Shown piece after piece: positions 41,361 to 54,329 of a stretch of 64,000 nucleotides of DNA (position 1 is the first letter of the stretch; each line of letters begins with the position of its first letter). A program made the translations under genes and the position numbers. The notes beneath the pieces were generated by a model. The model was not told the DNA's origin and ran no database searches. It saw only the letters and a list, made by a program, of their open reading frames with translations. Origin of the DNA: Mobula hypostoma (Eukaryota); assembly GCF_963921235.1 (NCBI RefSeq), contig NC_086106.1, positions 25,730,001 to 25,794,000 on the forward strand, written 5' to 3'.

Positions 41361-41809
41361 GCTGGCTTCAGCCTCGGCAGAACGGCAACTTACTTCCGAG
41401 AATTTATCACTATGTCAAGTATTGAAGATTGAACCTGTATCAAACTAGACTTCACTGTGTCCTGCTCAACGATGGCAGTTAAAACAAACTGAGGCTACAT
41501 GAAGACGAATCAGAATCCGCTTTCTTTGTATTCCCATTTTTGCCTATTTCCTGACACTATAAATATCTCTCTCTCTCTTTCTCTCATGTTATCTAAAATC
41601 ATCAGCCTTTTAAGTTATTGACGAATTCATTTTAATCTTGCAGCATGCCGCTGGATATTCCTTGTCAATAGCACTCCAAATATTTATTGCCGTGGATCAG
41701 CTGGGGTTGGATGCTGAGGAGATACCGAAGGCACCCGTTAGAGCAAGCAAACACTGCGAACACTGAGGTGTCCGGATCCAGTATCGCTGTGGGAATTTGA
41801 ATGCTGATC

Positions 41810-42190
41810 TGCGAACGCTATTCAGCGGTGTCCGGCACAACGCTCCCGAAGATACTTAAGCATGTTTTGCCCAGAGACCAGAAAAAACTGAACGGACTGT
41901 CCTCGAGTAGACCAAAATCTCCAATCTTGAATATTTTCATCGGTTTTCCAGAATATTCAACGCACAACATATAGGATCTGCCAGATTCCAAGCAACTGCA
42001 ACTCAGTGATATGGTCTGTCCTTCCAGGTTCATTAAATCCCTCCTATTGGGTTCACAAAATCTGCCCCACTCGTCCCTGTAAGAAGTCCCGAATGTTTGA
42101 GGGGCGCCGGAACGCATTGACCCTGCAGGACACATTCGGACCGATTAGACAGATTCAACAGACAAAGTAGTCGATACAGAGAAATTCCAA
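41810..42190 (-). pseudogene. TCR V pseudogene (family E), paralog of 12.7 kb
   Basis: GTSGADFV/NRRDLMNLEGQTISLSCS..VEYSGK; same FR1 frameshift as the 12.9-kb copy. Confidence 0.75.
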
Positions 42191-42539
42191 GGGGTGGTTG
42201 TAGCGGGAACATGGTACATTGCATAATGTAAACAGAGCTGGATTTGAAGATATTACTCCTATAGAAGAGAAGAAAATTCAAGTAAAGAAAAGCAGAAAAT
42301 TTCCGAGAGAATCGGCGCATCGTTTCGAAGCATATGCGGATTTTATTTCTAGATTAGGACACTTAGCAATCTTAAGACTGCAGTAGAGTAAATCGACTAC
42401 ACCTTCAAACGCCCTCCATGCATTTTCCTCCGCCTCACTCCGTCATGCTTCTGTTCGTCTCCTTCTTTGCTCTCTGTTACTGTCACTTTAAAGGCGGAGT
42501 TAAAGTGTTATTACATGTTATTACACATCAGGTGATTAC

Positions 42540-42890
42540 ACATGGGTTTGAGTACAGAGTACAGAGAGGAAATTAAGAACCTGGTGGCATGGTGGAAGAG
42601 AATAACCTATCCCTCAACGTCAGCAAGACGAACGAATTGGTTGTTGGCTTCAGAAGGAGTAGCCGACCGCACGTCACAATTTACATCGGTGGTCCGCAAG
42701 TGGAACAGGTGAAAAGCTTTAAGTTCCTCGGGGTCAATATCACAAATGACCTTTATTTGGCACAACAAAGCAGAGTCCGTTGCCAAGAAGGTTCACAATC
42801 GACTTTACTTCCTGAGAAAGCTAAGGAAATTTGGCCTGTCCCCTAAAACGCTCACTATTTTTTAAAGATGCACCGTAGAAAGCATTCCCA
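42540..42890 (+). mobile_element. Rex1/Babar-like RT fragment
   Basis: NNLSLNVSKTNELVVGFRR..VKSFKFLGVNITNDL. Confidence 0.75.
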
Positions 42891-42894
42891 GTAC

Positions 42895-43420
42895 CAGTTC
42901 TACACAGATGCCAGAATTCAACATAACAGCTTGAAAGCTATGCAATTGAGCCGTCAGCTGCCCATATGCAAACTAGTGATAAATCTCACTAGGCAATCTG
43001 GATGCCGCTCCATTACTGCTGTGCTATAATTTGCTTCAGCAAATTATTCGGAGTTTCTCCACAATGTTGATTGTACGAAAATCTATCTGCATCAGCCTAA
43101 CTGTAATCACATTTGAGTGCTATGGACTATCCTCTCTCAGCCGTTCAGTCGGAAGGATCCGGCGTCACTGAATGTTTCCCATTCGTTTCAGCAATAAAGG
43201 ACACAATGCATCAACATAGCTGGCTTGTATTAAACGCCGGGGAAATTCACTGGCCATCTTCTCAGGCTCCCGAGGAAACACAGCCAATGAAATCAGCCTA
43301 AAACAGAGATTAGATTAGATTAGAGTAGATTAGATCAGATTAGATTCAATTTTATTGTCATTGTGCCGAGAACAGATACAAAGCCAATGAAATGCATTTA
43401 TTAAGAGAGGAAAAGCATGG
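42895..43420 (-). pseudogene. TCR V pseudogene (family A); 3' end lost next to a Rex1-like fragment, leader interrupted
   Basis: NGKHSVTPDP..YSTAVMERHPDCLVRF; stops; no RSS; (TCTAA)n-tailed insert at ~43290-43400. Confidence 0.75.
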
Positions 43421-45914
43421 TGTCTAATGTCTGTCCAGATCGAACGGCAGATTTATTCCAGGACGTAATTACCACTCAACAGATATTGTGGTGTGAGATC
43501 GTTTCAGCACTACCTTCACTTTGTGAAAGGCCGGGGGCGTTTCCTTGGTTAAGGATTCACTGACAGGAAGAACCGAAACCTTTCCGAGCACCGAGCGAGA
43601 AGAAACAGCTTCGCTTCCATTCGTCATTCTGCTCGTTTCTGCGTTCGTTCAAGGGCGCACGCACCCTCCCCACCCCCATCTATCTCTCTCTCTCTCTCGA
43701 TGCCAATGGGAGAGATGGAGAGATTACTGCCGATTCCCAGTTGGGCATATCGGTATAAAAAGAATGCTTCATACTGACTGTAACATCGAAATAGTGACTG
43801 CCGACTCGTCTCTCAGATTTGAAAGAGCCATATCAGTCTTTCATTTGTTAGTGAGAGAGAGAGAGAGACAGAGAATGCCTGTAAAACGATGAAATATTAC
43901 AATAAGCAGCTAGCTTTTGTTGTACTGTAGACCAAGCCGCTCTTTGTGTTTGTGGTTGTTTCGATGGTGATTGGTGGTGGAAATGCTGATGCTTTATGCT
44001 AGAATAAGTGAGAGAGGCAGAAGCTGGTCAGGTTAATGCTGCTTGTCGCTGATTGTGCGAGGGATGTGACAGGGGACTTTTAGATTCTTATCTTTTTTTC
44101 TGATATTGATGCATTTTGTTTTTGTTCTGTTTTAAGGATGTCTGTGGAGACTATAAATTTCAGGTTGTGTATTTTGCACCTCTTAGATTTTAAGCGGAGC
44201 CATTGAATCAAGCTGGGCATTCGGTTCGCTGTACCCTGGAACATCTGACAACAGCAAATATATAATATACATACTCAGGTTTCATGTAACTGTGAGCGTT
44301 TGCAGAGTGAAGGAATATAGCAGGCTGTCCATCATTAGTTCATAGAACATGGGTTGGGCAGGAAAGTGGCGGGGTTGGTGGCTGCAGAGCGCCTATCATG
44401 ACACCCTGGCGATATCTGGTGTCATGTCCCAGGGATTCGGTTCGATTCCGAACTTCGGATGCTGTCAGCGGATACTTACATGCTCAGCTTCCACAATTCC
44501 TGAGTTGCTATGTTTTTCACTGCCCGAAAAAGACGCTGTGGGTAGCACGTGTTCGTGTTCGGAGGATCAGTGAATGTACATATTAAGAGGAATTTGCGAA
44601 ATTGGACAGATAAATCAGTTGACAATAAGACCATAAGATACAGGAACCAAAGTAGGCCATTTGGCTTGTCGAGTCACCTCCGTCATTTCAGATGAGAAGG
44701 TGTCATGATGGAATTATTTGATACACTAAACATATAATTAAAACGAGACATTCAAAAAGTCGAATTATACCTTTGGAAACAGATGCTATCAGTTTGTGCT
44801 CCTTCGACAGTAACCGGACGTTCTCACTGTTTGTCTCTTCCATCGGTGGAAAAAGACAAAGTTTTCAAAGCAAGTTCCCATGAAACAACAATAGACTATT
44901 CCCACTTGCAAGAGTATTAAACTGCAGGATGAAATTGAATATTAATCTTGGTATGACCTACCTCTTTATTTCCTGCCTGTGCTGCATTTTGATACGTCTG
45001 TTACAGTTTAGTTTTGTATCCTTTTATTGTTTTACTTTGTACTGTCTCGATAAGCTGTGCAGTGAATTCATCTGAATAAGCAGAATCAATGCAATAATGC
45101 CACACTAATTAAAAACAATGTTTTCAATTTAGGTATGTAGGAAAATGCTACACGTGGTGATAACATCGGTTCCGTTAAATCTGGTTGGGAAACAAGATTA
45201 AACAAGCAATGAATCTGTCGTGATCCCATTCCCTCTCTCTTCCTTCGCTCACTTTTATACTGAAAATGCCTGCAGACTATGAATCTCGGGTTAGTCTGCG
45301 GTCACGTATATGTACTTCAATCATAAATTTAATTCAAATATTGAACCTTTTCTCATAGCTTGGGAATGCAACGACCAAAGTAGTATCTGCCTTCTCTAAC
45401 ACGCTAAGCATAGGCAGGTTCTGCCGAATTATCTAAATACTCAGTATAAATCATAAGTAGCTGCTGCAACATCCTTAATTTCAGTAGCATGTCACTTGCA
45501 ATTATTTGTCAATTGGAAAAAAGTCCAATTTTCACACCCTCTGTTTTCCTTTAGTCCGCCATTGTGCCATTTAAATATATCCCGGTTCCACTCCGTCCTC
45601 ATTATTTCACACTGCAGGTACTTGAACAAAGTGGCCAAAGCCGATGTCAAACGAGGCTGTGAAGAGTGATATGCCGTTGCAGCAAAAGATGGTGGGTGAT
45701 TGCACATTCAGGCACTGTATCCGAGAAAGTTATGAAGCTCAGTTTGTGTCCGCGTTGTAATCAGGAACTGCTCCTTCAGGTTCGGCGCCTTCTGCTGCTG
45801 AATGCAGTGGTCTGAAGTAGGGCACGTGACTGTGACTGATTTCCGGGCGCGCCCTCTGCAGATTCCTCGGAAAAAGGCGCCCTCCAGTGAGAGCTTTTTG
45901 CAATATACAGAACC

Positions 45915-45953
45915 AGTTTTTGCACAGACCCGCCGTCCCCATATAACAGTGTG
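45915..45953 (-). other. 23-RSS
   Basis: Heptamer CACACTG, 23-bp spacer, nonamer GCAAAAACT. Confidence 0.9.
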
Positions 45954-46376
45954 GTACCCATTGCACAGAGATATATGGCAGAGTCCGACACAAGAGCTTC
46001 ACGGATATTCAAATGAGACGTCTTGCTGCCTTTCTCTGAAGTACCGGTAATCCTCTCTGAATACTGCTGCGTTCCTCCTGTGCTATATAACTTCAGCAAA
46101 TAATTTGGAGCTCCTCCACTATGTTGAATGTACCAAAAGATATCTGCATAAGCATCGGTGTAATTACAGTTCAGTGTTATGTTCTGTCCTTCCTCAATCG
46201 TTCTATCGGGAGGATCCTGCGTCACTGTATCCTTCCCACTCGTTCCTGCAAGAAAGGACAGAATACATCAACAACGCTGGCTTGTATAGAATGCCGGGAA
46301 AACTCGCTAGCCAGCTTCGCTGAGACTCACCAGGGAGCACAGCCAATGCAATCAGCAATGAACAGAGGGAAATCAT
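45954..46376 (-). CDS. TRAV: Intact TCR alpha/delta-type V segment (leader 46376-46331, V exon 46245-45954)
   Basis: Leader MISLCSLLIALAVLP, GT-AG intron, open frame KDTVTQDPPDRTIEEGQNITLNCNYT..FWYIQH..DSAIYLCAMG. Confidence 0.9.
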
Positions 46377-46627
46377 GCTGTCTAATTTCTGGCTGAATCG
46401 AACGGCAGATTCCTTCCAGGGCTTTATTATCACAACAGATATTGTGGTAGTAGATTGTTTCAGCGATACATTTTACCTTGTGTAAAACCGGAGGTGATTC
46501 TCTGATTAAAAGATTGGCTGACAGAAAGAACCGAGCCTTCCTGAGCACCAATCAGAAGCTGTTTTGTATCCAATCGTCATTCTGCCTGTTTCTCCGCTAT
46601 TACAATGTCCGGTGTTCATCCCCCAAC

Positions 46628-46628
46628 A

Positions 46629-46702
<74 letters not shown>

Positions 46703-46708
46703 CTCTCT
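46628..46708. repeat. (CT)n microsatellite upstream of a V gene
   Basis: Direct read; similar (CT)n(CA)n tracts at ~16180-16260 and ~26265-26337. Confidence 0.9.
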
Positions 46709-47248
46709 GTATAATCACAAGATATTCACATACCTATCAAAGTGCAATCCAACATAATTAAGACTCTTCACGAATTCCCTTCTTGAAATTTGACAATATT
46801 CCGCTGGAAGTATTAGATACCTTTACTGTGTTTGTATTGGTGGTTAGTTATTTGAAGATATATCCTACAGTACGCCCTTAAGTCAACATGTTTCAATCTT
46901 CCTGCATTGAACTACTTATTCAAAGGTCATCAGTAGTTCATCAGATATTTCCTAATCTTTGTTTGCTGCGAGGGTGCCAATTTCTTATCTACGCCAATAG
47001 ACTCCTAACAGCACTTTCTGTGTAGCGATCACTTTCTTCGAGAAACAAACCTCACATCTGTACTTCCCTTATAATTTCTTCCATTCGACTCAAGATATCA
47101 TCTTCTCGCATGAACCATTTCCACCCTTCGGTCAAAGCGCTAGTTGTCCACTTTATTTATTCCCCTTATCATATCATACACAGCTATTAATTTACCCCTT
47201 TCTTTCCGTCGTTCCAAAAAGAAAGGTCCTTGCTCCCAGAAACTGAAA

Positions 47249-48199
47249 TGTCCCGTGGACTCGGAAGTCGGAACTCCGGAACCAGAGTCTGGACAGCCAC
47301 TCGGATAGGGGTCTTGACTCGGACTCGAGTCCCGGGCCTCGGCTAGGACTCGGGACTAGAATCTTGGCTAGGTCTTGGGAGGAGGATTTGGATCTGACTT
47401 AAAATTCGACTGGGACTTGGATCGGAATAACACTCGAATGGGACCTGGAACACAAGGCCTTGACTTAGACTGGACTGAAACATGAATCTTTGACTTGGAC
47501 TGGACTAGAACACGAATCCCTGACCTGGACAGGACTGGAACACAAAGCCTTGACTTGGAGTGGACTGTAACACGAAACAGCGAGCCGGTACTCCTCCTTG
47601 GATACAGAATATGGGGCCGGGACTCCTGTTAGACATGGAACAGAGAGCTAGGACCCCTCCTTGAGTAAAAGACCTAGGGCCGGGACTCTTCTTTTACACA
47701 GAACACTGAACATGAAGAGACATATATCGACTCAAGGTGGCGGAAAACTGCTGGACCTACCTAGCGAAGGCGAGGACACGAAGAGACAAGAACACACCAC
47801 AATAGACTGTTCCTTATATTGACGAGACAAGGCCTCATTTTCACCCCGGCGGGTTAACTTGATAGGGATTCTGAAAAAGTTACAGACGCGGTTGCAGACC
47901 AGGTTACAGATGAGGTTGCAGAGAAGGTTACAGACAAGGTCACTGATGAAGGCTGCTGACAAAGTTTCAGAAGAGGTTACAGACGAGGTACAGACGATGT
48001 AACTCACGGGGTTCTGAAGGGAACAGTCCAACCACTATCACTGGACCCCAGAGCTATTTACGTTGCCAGCCAGAGACAACAATCAGGTGCCTCAGTTAAG
48101 GCCCCCGATGGGACAAGAGAAAAACAAAATAACCGGAGTACCGAATCCACGGAACGGACCGTGAACCGAAATGCGCACTTCACGGACTGGACCGTGACA
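47249..48199 (-). mobile_element. 3'-truncated copy of the LTR family at 5819-6898
   Basis: Begins TGTCACGGTCCAGTCCG (compare TGTTATGGTCCGGTCCG); shares GAGTCAAGACC; host sequence adjacent to it is deleted. Confidence 0.7.
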
Positions 48200-49168
48200 T
48201 CCGTAAATCGTTCTGCTAAATGGAAGCTGAACTGGGGAAGTCAAAACTGAGCCTATTTGGCCAGTGATCTGAATGAAACTAGGACACTGTCTGTTTCTTA
48301 ATAATTTGCTCTAATTCTAATGTAGTTGTCGATCTCACACATCCGTCCTTCTTTATACTTAAAATGGCACTTCATTTCTAGCAATGGATCTCTGTCCTTG
48401 TCCGTCTTTGGTGACTCCCTTAAATTTTCGTCGCCGTGGCACGCTGTGGCTGTCTCTGTAGTCCATTCTAGCCCTTTATTTGTCNNNNNNNNNNNNNNNN
48501 NNNNNNNNNNNNNNNNNNNNNNNNNNNNNNNNNNNNNNNNNNNNNNNNNNNNNNNNNNNNNNNNNNNNNNNNNNNNNNNNNNNNNNNNNNNNNNNNNNNN
48601 NNNNNNNNNNNNNNNNNNNNNNNNNNNNNNNNNNNNNNTGGGGAAATTCGTTTACAAGCTGCCAGTTCACTCGGTATTCCGGTATTCACTGTCAATATGA
48701 AAAAAAATCAATTGTTCTCCACTTTTAAGAAGCTAATGTTAATAGAGTCCACCTGAAATTTATCTTCATCAGAAGGATTTACATGACAGCTTAGCCGAAG
48801 CTGTCTAGTCACATGCACCTCAGTATCTCCAGGTTGCACTCATCTTCACTGTAAATCGTGCAAACCCGTCAAAAATTATTTCCAGACAATTGTTAACCAC
48901 ACAATATTGTCATAGGCAACAGACACACAGTATTGTTATGGACACTGAGATGTAATGAAAAGTGTTTCGGAAAAATGCCACAGTAATATGAGGTAGAGCT
49001 GAACTCAAGAAGTCTTCCTCAATGTTTGGCGCTTTTTGCTGCTGAATGCAGCATTTTAAGTCGACAGGGTGATCCTTATGCTTTGTGCGTGCGGCTGTTC
49101 CAGACTCCCAGCTAAAGCGCCCTCTACTGTTCACGAGTCCTGACCCATAGTGTCCCTGCAATTCTGTA

Positions 49169-49597
49169 GGGTGCATTGCACCGAGGTATACACCAGAGTT
49201 TGGGACAAGAACGCCAGCTATGTATAAATGAGATGACTCTGCCTCTGTGTACATCAGCTGAAAATCTCGCCGAACAGTCTGGAGGTTTCTCCAGTGCTCC
49301 TGAGCCATATACCTACAGCATTTATTTTTTGAGATATTCCGCCATGCTGAGTGCATCAAAAATATTTGCATTAGTTCTTGTTAATTGAAGTTTAGTGTTA
49401 AGAGCTGACTTTCGTCAGCCGTTAATTTGGTAGCATGCTAGATCACTGAAACTTTCTCTCTCGTCCCTGCATTAAAGGACAAAATGCACTAAGATCCCTG
49501 ACTTGCACTGAACTCACGTGGCACTGTCTGGTCATATGTGCAGCGTCTTGTCTTTCAGAATGACGAAAATATTGAATACGAAACAAAGAAAGCACAT
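49169..49597 (-). pseudogene. TCR V pseudogene (family B)
   Basis: TAG at 49438-49440; donor mutated; ends NSGVYLGAMH; RSS partly deleted. Confidence 0.8.
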
Positions 49598-50349
49598 GCT
49601 TCTGCCTTCAGTCTCAATAGGACGGCAGATAACTTCCAAAAAATTATCACTATGGCCGATGTTAGGAAGTAAAATCGTATCAAAAATAGATCTCACGGTG
49701 TCCTGCTCAAGAATCAGTAGATAAAACGGAGCCGAGGCTCTATGAACATGAAAAGGAAAATCCAATTTCGTTGATTTCCGCCTTCGTCCTTTCCCCCCTC
49801 ACTACAAATCCTATTCCCCATCTCTCTATCATTTTCCCTCCTCTCCTCCACTCCCTGTCTCTCTAATACCTTTCAATCTATCAGCATCCCGCGAGATATT
49901 CCTTGTCAATAGCACACCAAATATTTACTCCCTAATATTTTCCCATAAGTGAGCCAATCTCCTATCCATGGCAATAGACTCAATTGTGAATTTATTTAAT
50001 GCAGTTGCTTTCGGCCTCACATCTTAATGCCTCATTTCTCGGAATGTAATGAACTGTAAGTCCTGTACACCGTGTACCATGATGGAAATCTTGCGAAAGT
50101 GTTCAAAGTCGTGACCGTGTATTGCAGATGACAAGGGGAAATGGATATTGAGGTGTCTCGAAAATTTGTTAACTTCCTATTTGCACCTATAAACTGAATT
50201 TAGGCCGAGACGTCTGAGAACCTGCCAGACTAAGGCGAACGAGTGACCCTCCTTTGTCTTTGCGTCCATTCTTGACTCGCTCTCTAGTCAGCGCTCTGTG
50301 CACCAGCTAGCCACTGTAATTCCGTGCCGATTATTCCCCTTTAACGGTG

Positions 50350-50470
50350 CGTGCTGCAAAGCAGAAAGATACAATGAAGAGTCCGACGCAAGAGCTTCGG
50401 TGATGTATCATTGAACCATCTTCGATCATTTCGCAAAGCAATGGTAAACAGCAAAATATCAATTAACGAC
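50350..50470 (-). pseudogene. 3' remnant of a V exon (paralog of 8.2 kb)
   Basis: ITEALASDSSLYLSALQ followed by CACCGTT. Confidence 0.6.
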
Positions 50471-51632
50471 AAGTTGGGGTGTGGAAAAGAGACAGAGATG
50501 ATGCTGTGAATACAGTCTCCTCAGTATCAGCAAAACAAATGAATGGGCCATCGACTTCAGAAAGTGAGAGGGTGAGCGAACATAACCAATAACTTTTTGA
50601 GATTCAGCGCGTAGGCGCCATGTCCAAGGAAGTTCAAAATAGCATCAAGACCTCAGTAGGCAAAATGAAATTCGCACGTCCCCTTTGACCCGGACTAATT
50701 TTTTCTGATCCCTATAGAAAGCATCATTTCCAGGCGCATCATGGCTTAAATGGGAAATATTCTGCACGTGACTACAATAACTTCGGCCGAGTTATAGACA
50801 CAACCTAGCACATTACTAATAGAACATGAATTCTGCCTGCACTCTTGCTGAATCAGTGAAACAGCAGGCCCATTCAAAATATTACCCATTCTTGATAATC
50901 GTTCATTCTCCCCTCCAATCCAGCAACAGATATAGAAGCATCAGAGTCAACCTCTAAAATCCATTAAAAGACAACTGCACAGTTCCCCTGTCAGAGAAGT
51001 TGAACACTTAACGTCACAAACTAAATCAAAGGAAATTCACCATTTCGTCACCTTGCACAACACTTTCTTTGCAGCTGTTTAACTGTATTGCCAATTCTGT
51101 TGTTGACTCAGCTTGGACACCTTCAATGCACAATGCAATGATTTGATGCCTGTAAAGATATGCAAGGCTGTATTTTCATTGTACCTCGGTGGACAAGTCA
51201 TTATCTAACCAAAGCCTAAACCAGCTGGTTCTTCTGGGTGAGTAAGCAGGGTGAGTCAAAAAATTAAGCCGGCATTATTTAAAGTATAGGATATATGATT
51301 AGCGAGTAAACGTGGCGGCGTTTGTGTTCGGAATTATGTGTTCAATTATGCTAATTGCTGCCACCCTGATATCTCCAGGAACCCGGTTTCAGTTCGACCA
51401 CTAAAGTTGTCTCAAGGTATGTCTTGACGTGCCCATGTGTCTCGCTTCCTCCGGAATCCGAATGACCATAAGACCATAAGATATAGGGACAAAAGTACGT
51501 CATTCAGCCCATCAAGTCTGCTCTGCCAATCATGGGCTGATCCAATTCTTCCATCATCGCCATTCCTCTGCCTTCTCTCCATTCCCTTTGATGTGCAGGC
51601 TAATCAAGAACCTATCTATCTCTGCCTGAAAT

Positions 51633-54210
51633 CAGCGGTCCCCAACAACCGGGCCGCGGACTGGTTCCAGGCCGCGAAGCGTGTGCTACCGGGCCGCGGG
51701 GAAACGATATAATTTGGTGATATGAAACGATATGAATCAGCTGCAGCTTTCTTCATTCCCTGTCACGCCCACTATTGAACTTGACGCACGCGAACTCATT
51801 ACTCACGCCAGGACATCAGTTGGTCATTAACCTACAACAATTCGATGAGTGTAAAGCAAACGCCACTTGAGAGTTCTTTGAAATAGATGGTAGGAGATAT
51901 AAAATGCCTAACAATGATAATAACGCAGAGACAGCCGAGGCCGAGTATACAAAATAAAACAAAGCTTCCTTCAACAGAAAATGCGGCGAGTGGTACTTAA
52001 ACTATGGCTTTATTACGACCGGTGACTCGCACGCTCCAAGCCCCCTGTGTGTGGTATGTGGAGGCAAATTGTCTAATAAGGCAAATAAGCCCTGAAAGCT
52101 CATTCGGAACCTTGAGTCCATGCACCCTGCACTTAAAGAAAAAGCCGTTGAGTTTTTTGAGCGGAAGAAACGTGAGCAAGCGGACCGGGAGCAAGTGCTG
52201 ACAGCAACCACCTCAACAAATGCTGCTGCTCCGAGAGCGTCGTACTTAGTCGCTAACCGTATTGCTAAGGCTAAGAAGCCTTCCACTGTTAGTGAAGAAT
52301 GATTCTGCCTGCTGCCAAAGACATGTGCTGTGAACGGTTGGGAGAAGCTGCACCTAACAAGATGGCACAGGTTTCTCTTTCAGCTACCACAATTTCAAGG
52401 AGAATCGATGACATAGCGGAGGACATTGAAGCACAACTGTTGGAACGGCTTAACGAGTCTGGTTTCACTAACCGAGTCAAAGCGGTTGCTCCTGAATGAC
52501 AGTCTACACACTGTGTCACACACAGGGAAATTCTGGCTAGCCGAAAGATGTCACCTGACCTTAACAGCGTATTGTGTGACGTTGTTGAAGTTACCGATCA
52601 CATCAAAGCAAAAGCCCTGACCTCACGTCTGTTTGAGCAGCTTTGCGAGGAAATGGATACAGAGCACAAACGGCTTCTCTTAAGCACTGAAGTCAGGTGG
52701 CTATCAAGGGGGAGAGCCTGTGTGACATCTTCAACCTGCTCAATGAACTCAATTTGTCATTTCAGGGGAGAATGACAACTGGCTTCAAGTTGGCAGTTAG
52801 AGTGTCTGCTTTCACAGCCAAACTGGTACTGTTGGGACGGCGAGTGGACAGGGGCATATTTGACATGTTCCCAACATTAGCTTGGAATTTGGGACAAACT
52901 GAGGCTCACAGCTGGTGCATGAACACCTATCTCCACTGTCGACAGAATTGGAGCGTAACTTCCCAAGCGCAAATGACCCAAGACGTGGAAAGGAATGAGT
53001 CCGTGAACCATTTGTGAATGTCCCTGGGGAATCATCTACGTCAGCGCGAGAAGATCAATTCCCCGAGTTTGCAAATGACGGTGGGCTGAAAAGTATGTTT
53101 GACATAACGTCTCTTCGGGCATTCTGGGTCAAAGTCAAGGCTGAATATAGTGACAGAGCCACGAAAGCACTGAAAACGTTGCTTCCATTTCCAACATCAT
53201 ATCTCTGCGAAGCGGAGTTTTCTGCAATGAATGCAAAGAAAACTAAATTGCGGAATAGATGGGACATAAGGAACCCTCTTATAATTGACTTATCACTATA
53301 TTCAGGAGAGGAAAATATGTGCTGTGTCTTTAATATTAAATTCGTTAGATAAACCCTTTTAGAAACGAAATTGAGTGATTAGATTAGATTATTAGATTAT
53401 GAGGACACGCAGTCCTCTTTTATTCGTCATTTAGTAATGCATGAATTAAAAATGATACAATATTGCTCCGGTGTGATATCACAAAATCCCAGGACAGACC
53501 AAAACTGAAAATCTAACAAGAGCACATAATTCTAACGTATAGTTACAACAGTGCAACAATACCATAACTTGCTGAAGAACAATCCATGGCAAATTAAAAA
53601 AGTTCAAAGATTCTCGAAAGTTACACATCTCACGCAGACGGGACAAGGAAGAAAACTCTCCCTGCCATAACCGCCACAGTCCGACTCTGAGTCGTCCTAA
53701 AACTTCGAGCTCTGATCAGCCGTCCGACACCGAGTATCGAGCACCATATCTGTCCGAACGTTTCGACGTCAGCCTCGGTCGCCAAGAGCAGGCAAAACCG
53801 GGGATTTGGGGGCCTACCCTTACGAGATTCTCGATCGCACAGTAACAAGAACAGCGAACCAGGCATTGCAGAAATTTCTCCAGATGTTCCTCTGCTTCTC
53901 ACGCCTGTCTTCATCAAATCCGAATTGTCCACGGCCCCTATTTAACAGATAGGTTATCATTTTCACCGGAGCGCTGCCTGCACGTGGCGCTGCCATCTTC
54001 TCCTCCCGCCTGAGCGTACTAGCCACTGACTGAGTGTATTAGATTGAGTGTATTAGCCACTGATAAGTGATTTAGAGTTGACTTATCACCTATCTTCCGG
54101 TCGTGATTAACACCAATGCCCCACCGCCCCCCTCCCATAGGTCGGCCAGTCCGCAAGAATATTGTCAATTATAAACCGTTCTGCGGTGCAAAGAAGTTTG
54201 TGGACCACTA
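51633..54210 (+). mobile_element. hAT (Buster/Charlie-type) DNA transposon, decayed transposase
   Basis: TIRs CAGCGGTCCCCAAC / TAGTGGTCCACAAAC; BED finger, LSATTISRRI, EVRWLSRG and LLPFPTSYLCEAEFS remnants. Confidence 0.9.
53378..54010 (-). mobile_element. Non-autonomous retroposon nested in the hAT
   Basis: AATAAA plus (TAATC)n tail; TSD TGAGTG/TGAGCG. Confidence 0.65.
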
Positions 54211-54329
54211 CTCTAACAAATCCAAAGTTTGTGAGAGGCGCCGGATCCTTCTGGGTTGAAATAAGGAAACTGAAAGGGTTCAGGAACCCTGCTGGCAGCT
54301 ATATACAAGCCTGCCGACAGTATGTGGAA

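Noticed and set aside
41785-41791. CACAGCG suggesting a 12-RSS on the family E pseudogene
   Set aside because: No nonamer follows, and the paralog at 12.64 kb lacks it.
48910-49371. 153-aa ORF reading from V FR3 through the RSS into a flank ending in a hydrophobic stretch (a non-rearranging, membrane-anchored V idea); related ORF at 5414-5647
   Set aside because: The upstream V has shared stops. The frame is broken in the 5.6, 38 and 58-kb copies, and a hand comparison of two copies showed substitutions at all three codon positions, so there is no coding signature.
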